The notes below the pieces were generated by a model, which did not search any database, was not told the DNA's origin, and saw only the letters and a list, made by a program, of their open reading frames with translations. A DNA stretch of 64,000 nt from Candidatus Undinarchaeales archaeon (lineage in GTDB: Archaea; SpSt-1190; JASMDC01): assembly GCA_030753015.1 (NCBI GenBank), contig JASMDC010000003.1:32001-96000 (forward strand). Direction: 5' to 3'. The translations under genes were made by a program, and so were the position numbers. Every line of letters starts with the position of its first letter. Within the stretch, counting starts at the first letter, position 1. Shown here in pieces: positions 40,101 to 47,776 of the stretch.

Positions 40101-42214
40101 TCATCCAGGGCGACTACTGCTGCAAGCTCAAGGGTCTGGTCGTGCTCACCGGCGGTTTCGCCATGAAGGCCGTCGATGCAGAGGGCCGCGAGAAGGGAAT
40201 ATTCTCTCATGGAGAGGACATCATCGTAGCTGTCACCACAGATGAAGACACAGAGGTGAGCTGCGAGGCTGGCGGTGAGACGAAGACGTGCACCACGGCT
40301 GAGCGCACGTGCTCCGTGACGTTCGCAGGTGCCACTTCGGGCGACCTCGAAGTCACGTGTTCGGCATTCAGCATGAGCAAGGTGCTACATGTACCAGTAT
40401 ATAGCAGCATCACCACAGTAACGCTCTCTCAGAGCCTGGCCAAGGTGAAGCCTGGTGATGTCATATCCATCACCGAGGTCCGCGATGCAGCAGGTTCGGT
40501 GACCGAGTACGAGGCATACTGGACAGTGGACGGTACAGTCGTGCCCGGTGCACAGCTCGAGGTCCTCGACGAACCTGGCCTCCATGACATCGAACTGAAG
40601 GTGTCGGCCTCAGGCTATCAAGAGTACTCGGAACGCTACACCATGGATGTGGAAGCGGACCGGTCCTTCAGCGTTTCCATGTTACCGGACTTCCAGTCGG
40701 TCAATCCGGGCGTTGCCGCCACGTTCACGATACGCGTCACGAACGACGGCAATGTGAAGCAGTTGTTCACCCTGAAGGTCGACAGTGCCGAGGTGTTCGC
40801 CGAGAAGAGCGAGCTTGAGATCGAAGCAAGTGAGAGCACCGACATAAAGCTCGTGATGACCAAGGACGCAGTGGGCGTCTTTGACATCGGCGCGACGGTC
40901 CTTGGTGTCGAGCAACAGAAGCACGTGAGCGGCCAGCTTGAGGTGGCGACGGAGGAGAAACGTGGCGTCAAGATAGCTCTGGTCCAGAAGGAGACCGAGG
41001 TCGAGGCGGGCACATCCGTTTCCATCGGGTTCGAGATATGGAACACAGGCAACGTCGCCGATACCTATGTGGTGAGTACCGATGGTATCCAGCTCAAGGA
41101 TGTCGACATGTCACTTGGTAGCAATGCCAAGCAGGTGTTCCCAGTGCTCCTCTCCAAGGCAGGTACATACGCCTTCACCTTCACCGTGACGTCGAAGAGC
41201 GATCCTTCCATAAAGGACGAGGTCGAGGGTAGCCTGATGGCGTACAGCTACGACTACGCCATCAATCCCGAGGAGCTTTTGATCGAGGGCCAGATCAACG
41301 AGCGTATGGAGTTCGAGTTCACTCTGGAGAACAAGGGTCAGAAGTCCAACACCTTCTCCTTCTCCAGCAGCGGGACCGACCTGGTGTTCGAGAAGACCTT
41401 CCTTACCCTCGGTCCCGGTGAGAAGAAGCCCATCAAGGGCCGCAAGACCGTGAAGGCGGATGCTGTGGACACCATCACCGTGGTCGACAAGGTGAAGAGC
41501 ACTGAGAAGAGCGCCACTCTCAAGTCGTCACTTGTGCAAGCGTTCACGCTGGACCTGGACAAAGGGGAGCTCCAGATGGTGCGGGGCGGTAAGGGCGAGT
41601 TCACCATCACCGTGGAGAACAAGCTCGATGAGGCGCTCACGCTGGACATCCAGCTCAGCGCTCCCGGCGGTAAGGAGCTGGCGTGGATCACCAAGACCAT
41701 AACAGTAGCTGCCAAGGACACTGGTCAGGAAGCGAACGAGATCACCATCGCCGATGATGCTGAGCTCGGGGAGTTCTCTATCGCCGTGGTCGCACGGAAG
41801 GGTGAGGAGGTACGCTCCAAGGAACTGACCATCCGCGTGGTGCCCGACATAGGTGCTATCCAGGACGAGATTAACGCCTTCATTTCTGACATGGGTGGCA
41901 TTGAGGAAGCGATTTCACTGCTGGAGCGTCAGGGCATCGATCCCGTCTCCGCCAAGACCGCTTTCAAGGTGACGAAGATGTCATCTATGGAGGTGGACGA
42001 GGAGTTCAAGAACGGCAGGTACGACATTGCGACCACGAAGCTCCTGAAGGCTCGCGATTCGCTGAAGAAGACCAAGAACGAACTGGACAATGCTCGGCTC
42101 TTGGCAGGGGCGAAGGGGTATACGGGAACGAGCTACGTGCTGCCCGCGATCGTGCTCGTGCTCGTCGCGGCCGGCGCCTTCGCGGTGAACAAGAAAGGCC
42201 TACTGGGCAAGTAA
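34124..42214 (+). CDS. Giant surface protein (2696 aa): 2 Kazal domains, Cys repeats, DxDGDG Ca-binding repeats, Ig-like stalk, C-terminal TM
   Basis: Signal peptide; CTQEYDPVCGSDG and CTQEYAPVCGSDG; thrombospondin-type-3-like repeats; 8 DNDGDGLIDED; V-x-N-x-GN Ig/CARDB-like domains; TM YVLPAIVLVLVAAGAFAV-NKKG. Confidence 0.92.
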   Translation: MITLTRLKRTIAGLLIVLLLLGVAEGEVACEIPRPDICTQEYDPVCGSDGEVYGNGCTACSNTAVEYYTAGECDAPVGGTPEEDASIPPPELVHPECPQNMEEVCLCDQCFCTTPRCVVDADCTTKVTCAANEVDICQDEVCTCISTDDVDLVDVNDTADWGDDEIPLPLGVECRVQSLESENIKDYYDKTSRQLCSISEAFSNFIGTEPDEMRARADYGFSAERPEWSGVFTETEDSLGRAISETASAEHRLAQHMVRFINTVKVMLNLCGTADYVCGHECTLCGGAASGQSPCSCEDESCCNSLVTEDMCSVATTCSWNPSDAGECDDKADGDKCSNGNGICCAGKKGASDTNVSMCIIGGIECGDFEDECSDQTDGARCGTAGRCCGKRCVEGAFSCDAGTCSLSCGSFDSDKCQNFDCSGNNKTTCGETNDTKGICMWKSYDNVPGDDDNDGDGINRCYDNMTCDADGDSIPDRVDEDIDGDGIPNEEDLDVDGDGVPNEEDRLPGDDNDVTSKKLYGIKYSLQRWDEEDGWSNIDEEVECVNECTHECIWQNTCRNGADLVQCIFGDQNDGQQGDCDCQGRPQDSQVEQISTEVTPGEGELDFDGDGVRICIDNETCDSDGDGNLDYEDEDDDNDGTVDVLDEDDDGDGNLDTEDLLFGDDDDFTFTSYKMDDDLDCILTCGPDFRQCDSDGDGINIPQDPDDDDDGISDDAGDLDQDGDSQGNGCVNICNLNTTQDQCLPACPKSWESGADQCGEWSGSCMGTINRYYENLYLIEHLGILVNNEINNIVTYSRENDTLVEMATQDNEINVTAISELDINMDTPVLAAIMDKLADKVVDEAVAKYVADVVFAFIGRSDELAGNATMVGELLDEYNAGIEANREAVLANLANLAERNCDLSEALQCFEGKSAFDSGPGEYGIAELNNEGFWLDLENNITTYFDPAELGQEPPVEMIQACNDDACSTRKEVESLDDASDVRVEGEELVLVTESRGLYKDYVLFVPNYNNGTLPQELQVKASITGGGSSVEEKTLVFPSADAANHTISLSLATISYNGADLLVRWGVDAPAQIACEEPISDVCTQEYAPVCGSDGRTHSNGCTACSTAGVETYSPGECGAITPGTSPEGAILEIRITRGDLPHVWRVHDVGRLSSVVKGVDRSVREDRARQWARRTRIASIDGRRIELEEPYAYSAFMAGVFKEACLLSSANVQMLDEDPTMRPSKLLDVVAPLNKIEEVLPPREDDILGRLFATWGSNVSLPNLISFGDPIFSAEDAVRQDRAVEETNQMLSHMCVQNIERGTGAPPEEPIPEAFVDTGFHYNCDSITSEELCGAAESVAYCTWENGTCMNIVTNDILRIIELDRIELDEFTFTMQGSGIAHDDLLIYDTATYVSPQCVPAVLMRLGLGEDMCTSFEQLAELMMENNCTKGGIIDCLDTEATTPRITMRELVWLVECPLAGVTSGTGNDGLDNDGDGAIDEDPQDDLDNDGDGLIDEDGHGGDGKDNDGDGLIDEDWRDGQDNDGDGRIDEDGAGIDDYNADGQDNDDDGLIDEDVWDGQDNDNDGLIDEDGWGGDGLDNDGDGLIDEDPRNDVDDDGDGRIDEDGAGVDEHWREEAECDAYTVEIEEHAGMSVGVGEKLTYIVTITDTSEAESCKERIIRITATSEGPCGVATVPMPLQFDLVKGDVAVKELDVIAYYEEGQCIIHVVVEDGGRHSADREFAISLDPSLITQECLPGEHLQNGACCVLGETCCRTSEDCATEGTCIGNYFMPAVCGPDHYCLTTLDVDKVEDCTKQSKLCSEEHKRCMDPNELNIRIDLAVLTIVRNEYKKGTELELVADVVDVNLQHVLGAVINVKLGDTVVGLQESNNLYRGIIALDVPGEQELVITAKRGEDRDEYSKTITVYELLDFEIEAEPLAIYRGGTVSVHVIPKDTAGTVLENVLVKYFLDAEEVLGGSTIEIPMEASAGAHGLKTCIFKKYYKPGPACVIQGDYCCKLKGLVVLTGGFAMKAVDAEGREKGIFSHGEDIIVAVTTDEDTEVSCEAGGETKTCTTAERTCSVTFAGATSGDLEVTCSAFSMSKVLHVPVYSSITTVTLSQSLAKVKPGDVISITEVRDAAGSVTEYEAYWTVDGTVVPGAQLEVLDEPGLHDIELKVSASGYQEYSERYTMDVEADRSFSVSMLPDFQSVNPGVAATFTIRVTNDGNVKQLFTLKVDSAEVFAEKSELEIEASESTDIKLVMTKDAVGVFDIGATVLGVEQQKHVSGQLEVATEEKRGVKIALVQKETEVEAGTSVSIGFEIWNTGNVADTYVVSTDGIQLKDVDMSLGSNAKQVFPVLLSKAGTYAFTFTVTSKSDPSIKDEVEGSLMAYSYDYAINPEELLIEGQINERMEFEFTLENKGQKSNTFSFSSSGTDLVFEKTFLTLGPGEKKPIKGRKTVKADAVDTITVVDKVKSTEKSATLKSSLVQAFTLDLDKGELQMVRGGKGEFTITVENKLDEALTLDIQLSAPGGKELAWITKTITVAAKDTGQEANEITIADDAELGEFSIAVVARKGEEVRSKELTIRVVPDIGAIQDEINAFISDMGGIEEAISLLERQGIDPVSAKTAFKVTKMSSMEVDEEFKNGRYDIATTKLLKARDSLKKTKNELDNARLLAGAKGYTGTSYVLPAIVLVLVAAGAFAVNKKGLLGK
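38537..38965 (+). repeat. 8 tandem DGxDNDGDGLIDED repeats, visible at DNA level
   Basis: Recurrent GACAACGATGGCGACGGCCTCATCGACGAGGAC-like units. Confidence 0.9.
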
Positions 42215-42233
42215 CCGATAGGGGAACGCCGTT

Positions 42234-42255
42234 GGGGGCGGGCTGTCCCGCCCCC
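42234..42255. terminator. GC hairpin between convergent genes
   Basis: GGGGGCGGG-ctgt-CCCGCCCCC, a perfect 9-bp stem 20 nt after the stop; no U-tract. Confidence 0.5.
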
Positions 42256-42288
42256 CGCGACAATCGTCGAAGATGAAGCGAGAGCGGT

Positions 42289-42759
42289 CTAATCCCAGCG
42301 TACGACTGTGGTGGGCATGGTCCCGCGCGGCGTATCCATTCGTCTGTACTGCTCGAAGGTACGCTCGGGCTCGAGCTCCCTAACGAAATCCACCAATGAT
42401 TCCCTGACCTCGTCGGTCCCCTCGAAGGAGACCGAGGCGGTCGAGTAGCTTTCAGGAGTCCCATAACCGAGATCACGGGCGCCCTCAAGGAAATCGTGTA
42501 CCGTAACCTCATCAGCGCTAAGGGTGATTCGGTAGACCTCTCTTTCGGTCGTTACACCGTCTCGTTGTCTGACGAGGTCCTGGTGCCCGCCTGTGGCGGA
42601 CACATCGGGAAGAGCATCGTATTGCTCGACAAGCATAGCTACGTCATAGGCGAGGTGTTCGTCGGTCCTCGGTTCGAAAACAGAGCACCCCTCGTTAGCA
42701 CCGAACTCGGTTTCGATGCTCTTGTAGGCGCAGATCGTGTAATCGAGGATGATCTCCAT
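42289..42759 (-). CDS. Hypothetical acidic protein
   Basis: 156-aa ORF from ATG 42759 with CCTTAAAA upstream; no recognised motif. Confidence 0.55.
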   Translation of the reverse strand: MEIILDYTICAYKSIETEFGANEGCSVFEPRTDEHLAYDVAMLVEQYDALPDVSATGGHQDLVRQRDGVTTEREVYRITLSADEVTVHDFLEGARDLGYGTPESYSTASVSFEGTDEVRESLVDFVRELEPERTFEQYRRMDTPRGTMPTTVVRWD

Positions 42760-42831
42760 GATTGTTCGCCTTGTGAGGCGCTCAGCAGCGGGCGGTGTTT
42801 TAAGGTTTTCCTTTCGGTGGGCCGAACTCAT

Positions 42832-43218
42832 CTACGACAATAGATTCTTCAGCCACCAACCCAGCCTGAGGCGTAAGGACTGGCTTCCATTGATGTCCTC
42901 CACCGTGAGCTTGAAGATGAGGTCCTTTCCGGCCATGGGGTGGCTCCCCGACCGGCCGTAACCCTTCTCAGCTGGGATATACACTTCCTTCTCCTCACCG
43001 ATTGCCATCCCGACGAGGGCCTCCTCGAAGCCGGGGATGACCTTGTGCTCACCTACGACGACCTTCTTGGGACCATATTTCCGCTTGGGCTTGTAGACCT
43101 CGGCCTTCTTGGCGTACTCCTTCACGGACGTGTCGAAGATCTCGTGGGTGTCGGCATACCATCCTATGTAGGTGACATCAAGAGCATCCCCTTCCTTCAC
43201 GACCACGGGATCGACCAT
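42832..43218 (-). CDS. FKBP-type peptidyl-prolyl isomerase (short archaeal type)
   Basis: IFDTS, VIPGFEEALVGM, IPAEKGYG, HPMAGKDLIFKL. Confidence 0.9.
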   Translation of the reverse strand: MVDPVVVKEGDALDVTYIGWYADTHEIFDTSVKEYAKKAEVYKPKRKYGPKKVVVGEHKVIPGFEEALVGMAIGEEKEVYIPAEKGYGRSGSHPMAGKDLIFKLTVEDINGSQSLRLRLGWWLKNLLS

Positions 43219-43239
43219 ATTGCGGTACCGGCCAGCAGA

Positions 43240-44577
43240 TTATCCTCTAATGAGCCTGAGTACCTCATCCCTCTTCGCAACCATGGTATTGGGGTCCTTG
43301 GCCTCGAGGTTGAGACGGAGCAGGGGTTCAGTATTGGAGGGGCGGACGTTGAACCACCAGTCATTGAGCTCGATCTTCAGACCGTCCAGATGGGATACGT
43401 TGCCCTCCTCTCCATAGACGCTCTCCAGCTTCTTGAGCACGGCGTCCTTGTCCTTGACGGTTGAATTGATCTCACCTGAGATGTGATAGGTATGTGCGTT
43501 GGAGAGTATCTGGGAGAGACGCCCACCTCGACGGGACACAAGCTCCACCATCATCAGTGCGGGGATCCATCCGTTGTCGACGTATACATCGTCGCCACGG
43601 AAGTAGTAGTGGCCGGAGATCTCGCCGGCGAACACAGCATTGTCCTCACGCATGGAAGCCTTGATGAAGGCGTGGCCAACCCGGGAAATCTTCGGTACGC
43701 CCCGTGCCTTGCGGATAGAATCACGAACGTACCACGAAGCGCGAAGGTCGTAGTACACGACGTCCCCGGGATTGTCCTGGAGCACGCGCTGAGCCAAGAG
43801 CCCTGTGATGAAATCGCCAGGAACGAACTTGCCCGTGTTGTCGATAAAGAAGCATCTGTCGGTGTCACCGTCCCAGGCGATGCCCAAGTCGGCACCTTGG
43901 ACTATTACCTCGTCCATAATCTGCCGCCGGTTCTCCTCCACCATGGGATTAGCATCATGGACGGGGAAGGTCCCGTCCAGCTCGAAGTTCAGGGATATGA
44001 TCTCAATAGGTAAGCCCTTGAACACGAGCGGCGCGATCTTGCCGGCCATACCGTTGGATGCGTCCATGACCACTTTCATTGGTTGGATGGCCTTCACGTC
44101 CACGAAGGAGTGGACCCAAACCACGAAGTCGTCCATGACGTCACGTTCGATGATCGTGCCCTTCTGGACAGGTTCAGGGAAGGCGTTCTTCTCCACAAGG
44201 GCCTTGATGTCCCGAAGACCCGTCTCGATGCTGATCGGGATGGCCTTCTCCCGCACGATCTTCATCCCGTTGTCCTCGGGGGGATTGTGGGATGCGGTGA
44301 TCATCACCCCGGCGCCCTTCTCGAGATGGTGGACCGCGAAATAGAGCACGTCGGTCCCCACCAAGCCGAGATCGATGACGTTGGCGCCCTGTTCGGTGAC
44401 GCCTCGGGCCAGGGCCTTAAACATCTGTGGTGACGAGATGCGCATGTCACGCCCGATGACGACCTCGTCAACGCCCAGCATCGCGACAATCGCGCGTCCC
44501 ACACGGAAAGCGATGTCCTCTGTCAGCTCGGTGCCGAACTTCCCCCGGATGTCATAGGCCTTGAAGATATCCCCCAT
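43240..44577 (-). CDS. manB: Phosphomannomutase/phosphoglucomutase
   Basis: IFKAYDIRG, ITASHNP, DGDTDR, GEISGH, VRPSNTEPLLR. Start ATG 44577. Confidence 0.93.
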   Translation of the reverse strand: MGDIFKAYDIRGKFGTELTEDIAFRVGRAIVAMLGVDEVVIGRDMRISSPQMFKALARGVTEQGANVIDLGLVGTDVLYFAVHHLEKGAGVMITASHNPPEDNGMKIVREKAIPISIETGLRDIKALVEKNAFPEPVQKGTIIERDVMDDFVVWVHSFVDVKAIQPMKVVMDASNGMAGKIAPLVFKGLPIEIISLNFELDGTFPVHDANPMVEENRRQIMDEVIVQGADLGIAWDGDTDRCFFIDNTGKFVPGDFITGLLAQRVLQDNPGDVVYYDLRASWYVRDSIRKARGVPKISRVGHAFIKASMREDNAVFAGEISGHYYFRGDDVYVDNGWIPALMMVELVSRRGGRLSQILSNAHTYHISGEINSTVKDKDAVLKKLESVYGEEGNVSHLDGLKIELNDWWFNVRPSNTEPLLRLNLEAKDPNTMVAKRDEVLRLIRG

Positions 44578-44638
44578 GGTCACACCGGTGTGGAGAACAA
44601 GGCTCAGGGTTAAAGGCTTTGCGCCCGAGGGGACGGCC

Positions 44639-45223
44639 ATGGAGCTCGCCGAGGCGCTGGCCACCCGGCGGAGCGTGCGCAAACTGGCCCCGGACCCCGT
44701 TCCACGAGAGATCATCGAGGAGCTTGTGAGCGCAGCGACCATGGCCCCAAACGCTCATAACTCCCAACCGTGGCAGTTCGTGGTGGTGGAGGAGATGCGC
44801 GAGGCCCTTGTGGACGCTCTGGCATCGAGCCTCAGAAGCGACCTCCTTGGTGAAGGAGAGGGTCCTGACGAAGCTCAGCGGATCGCGGAGGCCAAGACTG
44901 GACGGTTCCGACACCCGCCCACGCTCCTGCTCGTTTGTCTGGACGCACAGCGGATCAAGGCAAGCCCGCGTCACGACGCAGAACGGCTCCTGGCAGTGCA
45001 TAGCGTCGCAGCCGCCATCCAGAACCTACTACTGGCCGCCCATGACCGAGGTCTGGCCACATGCTGGTACTGCGCACCAGCATTCTGCCCCGAGACCGTG
45101 CGAAAGGCGCTGGACCTCTCACCCGGCGTTGAGCCCCAGGCCCTTGTGGCGCTAGGCAGGCCGGCAGAGGATCCCACATCACCCCTTCGCCGACCGCTTG
45201 CGGAGGTCCTGGTGTGGCGATGA
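44639..45223 (+). CDS. Nitroreductase, FbiB C-terminal-domain-like (candidate dehydro-F420 reductase)
   Basis: RRSVR, APNAHNSQPWQF, AAIQNLLLAAH, GLATCWYCAPAFCPETVR; coupled to cofD. Confidence 0.85.
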   Translation: MELAEALATRRSVRKLAPDPVPREIIEELVSAATMAPNAHNSQPWQFVVVEEMREALVDALASSLRSDLLGEGEGPDEAQRIAEAKTGRFRHPPTLLLVCLDAQRIKASPRHDAERLLAVHSVAAAIQNLLLAAHDRGLATCWYCAPAFCPETVRKALDLSPGVEPQALVALGRPAEDPTSPLRRPLAEVLVWR

Positions 45224-46164
45224 CCCGGGCGTGCGTGCTTTGCGGGGGGGTGGGTGCGGCCCGTTTCCTCACAGGGCTCGTGCGTGTCATTTCCCCGGAG
45301 GATATCGGATGTATCGTGAACACTGGCGACGACATCGATGTATGGGGCGCGCGCGTATGCCCGGACGTTGACATAGTCACGTATACCCTTGCTGGGATCG
45401 TAGACCGGGACAAAGGCTGGGGCGTAGCGGGCGACACGTTCACGTGCTTGGAGACCATGGCGCGCTTGGGGGAGATGAACTGGTTCCGCCTCGGGGACGC
45501 CGATCTTGCCCTGTCCCTTGTACGCACTCGGTTACTTGGGATCGGACGCGAGCTTGAGGACGCGACCGCGGAGCTCGTCCATCGTTTGGGGATCGCAGTG
45601 ACAATCGTCCCCATGTCCAACGAACGTGTGGAAACGCACGTGACTACTCCCACTGGCGAGATGTCCTTCGAGGAATACTTCGTGCGTGAGGGGTGCCGGC
45701 CCGAGATGAGGAAAGTGCGTTACGCGGGCGCCGACATCGCCCGACCGAGCCGAGGTGCCGAGCGCCTCCTTCGTGAGTCCGAGGTCCTTCTCATAGCCCC
45801 CTCCAATCCGTTGGCCAGCATCGGCCCGATACTGGCCGTTCCCGGAATGCGTGAGCTCGTGGAGAGGTTCGACGGGCCGCGAATCGCTGTCAGCCCCCTC
45901 ATAGGAGGTAGGACGGTCAAGGGGCCTGCCGACCGGATGCTCCGCGCTGTCGGATTCACTCCGAGCGTGGAGGGACTGGCCACGTTCTACGACGGCCTCA
46001 TTGACGGATTCGTCATCGACGAGGTAGATTCCTCCAGCGCCCCCGAACTGGAGGGCCGGGGGCTCGCGGTTCACGCGCTCCCATCGCTCATGGACACGCC
46101 AGCCCGGGCAGAGGCTGTGGCCCGAGGGGCCCTCGAGCTCGCCAAGGAGGTCGGACGCCCGTGA
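45220..46164 (+). CDS. cofD: 2-phospho-L-lactate transferase CofD/FbiA
   Basis: GGVGAARFLTGL, VNTGDD, CPDVD, WFRLGDADLA, APSNPLASIGPIL, VKGPA. Confidence 0.95.
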   Translation: MTRACVLCGGVGAARFLTGLVRVISPEDIGCIVNTGDDIDVWGARVCPDVDIVTYTLAGIVDRDKGWGVAGDTFTCLETMARLGEMNWFRLGDADLALSLVRTRLLGIGRELEDATAELVHRLGIAVTIVPMSNERVETHVTTPTGEMSFEEYFVREGCRPEMRKVRYAGADIARPSRGAERLLRESEVLLIAPSNPLASIGPILAVPGMRELVERFDGPRIAVSPLIGGRTVKGPADRMLRAVGFTPSVEGLATFYDGLIDGFVIDEVDSSSAPELEGRGLAVHALPSLMDTPARAEAVARGALELAKEVGRP

Positions 46165-46766
46165 ACGGCTGCATCCTGGTACCAGTCAAGGGCTTCCGCA
46201 AGGCCCTTGGCAAGACGCGTCTCGCGGAATCCTTCAGACCCGCTGAACGGGCAATACTCGTTGAAAGCATGGCCGAGCGCGTTGTGCGGACGGCGTCTGA
46301 GGTGGCCCCCGTATATCTCCTCGCACGTGAGGATCCGCCCCCAAAGGTCGCAGCCCACGTGTACGACACCCTCGTCGATTTAGGGCGGGGCCTGAACGCA
46401 GAACTTGAGGCCGCGATTGACACCCTCCTTGCTAACGAACATGACAGGCTCCTCGTACTCCCAGGGGACATCCCCCTAGTGACGACCTCGGTCCTTGAGT
46501 GCGCTCTTCATCAGCTCGATGACCATGATGTCGTCGTGGCACCGGCAACAGATGGCGGGACCGCGCTCCTCGGTATACGATCGCCGCGACGGTCGAGGAT
46601 GCTGTTCGGAGAGCGGTCGAGCTGTAGGGCACATGCTGAAAACGCCCAGGATCATGGACTTTCCGTTTTTGTACTGGACAGCGAGGGTCCTCTCCTGGAC
46701 GTGGACACGGCTGATGATGTCGTCCTTGTTCAGGATGAGCTCTCTACTACCGAGAGATGCCGGTAG
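46161..46766 (+). CDS. cofC: 2-phospho-L-lactate/PEP guanylyltransferase CofC/FbiD
   Basis: LVPVK, GKTRL, GRGLN, PGDIP, DGGT, DVDTADD. Confidence 0.9.
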   Translation: MNGCILVPVKGFRKALGKTRLAESFRPAERAILVESMAERVVRTASEVAPVYLLAREDPPPKVAAHVYDTLVDLGRGLNAELEAAIDTLLANEHDRLLVLPGDIPLVTTSVLECALHQLDDHDVVVAPATDGGTALLGIRSPRRSRMLFGERSSCRAHAENAQDHGLSVFVLDSEGPLLDVDTADDVVLVQDELSTTERCR

Positions 46767-47776
46767 AGAGTATCGCGTCGAATGGGTCGACGCCCCGCCT
46801 CCCTGGCAAGCGCAGCCAGGGACTCTGCGCTCATAGCCTGACCGTTGCGTCCTCCTGCCAGCCGCGTGATGTTCTCGGCCCCGAGAGTGCCGCCCAGATC
46901 GTTGCCGCCCCAGTCGAGGGCCTTGGCGGCCGTCCCCCGGCCGAGCTTTACCCAGGAGACCTGGATGTTGGGGATGAGGGGGTGGAGGACCAGACGCGCA
47001 GCGGCCACCATCAGGAGGTCAGCGGCCGTTCCAGGTGACTTGATGCCCCGCTCCCGGAACAGTGGCGTGTTCGGGGAAATGAAGGAGAGGGGTACGAACT
47101 CAGTGAACCCGCCCGTCTCCTCTTGGAGATCACGGAGAAGGTAGAGGTGCTCCAAGCGCTCGTCCCACCCCTCGCCGATGCCATAGAGCATGGTGCACGT
47201 TGTTGGGATGCCCTGTTCGTGGGCCGAACGAACCACGTTTAGCCATTCTGCAGTACCGAGCTTCTCAGGACAAACTTCCTTACGGACATAATCAACAAGC
47301 ACCTCGGCCGCTGTACCCGGCATGGATCCAAGGCCCGCCCGCTGTAGTTCCTTGAGGACCGCCTCGACGTCCTCTCCCGTCTGACGAGCCGCGTGGACCA
47401 CCTCCTGCGGGGAGAAAGCGTGGATGTGGATGTTAGGTGCGGCCTTCCGAACGGCCCGCACTATGGCCACATAATACTCAAGGAAGAGGTCAGGGTGAAG
47501 CCCGCCCTGGATACACACCTCCGTGGCGCCGTCCCTAGCCGCGCAACGTGCCTCTTCCGCCACGTCCTCGACAGAGCTCAGATATCCCTCGCGGTTCGCG
47601 AAAGCACAGAACAGGCATGTGTTGATACATACATCAGTGAAGTTGATATTACGATTAACCACGAATGTGACATCATCTCCAACGGCCTCCGCTCTGAGGG
47701 CGTCGGCCATTCTCTGCGCCTCGACCGGACGGGTGATCAGACGTCGGACATCCTCGCGGTCCAAAGGATCACCCAC
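46730..47776 (-). CDS. cofH: Fo synthase subunit CofH (radical SAM)
   Basis: VTFVVNRNINFTDVCINTCLFCAF, IQGGLHP, SMPGTAAE, TGGFTEFVPL, NIQVSWVKLG. Confidence 0.93.
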   Translation of the reverse strand: MGDPLDREDVRRLITRPVEAQRMADALRAEAVGDDVTFVVNRNINFTDVCINTCLFCAFANREGYLSSVEDVAEEARCAARDGATEVCIQGGLHPDLFLEYYVAIVRAVRKAAPNIHIHAFSPQEVVHAARQTGEDVEAVLKELQRAGLGSMPGTAAEVLVDYVRKEVCPEKLGTAEWLNVVRSAHEQGIPTTCTMLYGIGEGWDERLEHLYLLRDLQEETGGFTEFVPLSFISPNTPLFRERGIKSPGTAADLLMVAAARLVLHPLIPNIQVSWVKLGRGTAAKALDWGGNDLGGTLGAENITRLAGGRNGQAMSAESLAALAREAGRRPIRRDTLYRHLSVVESSS

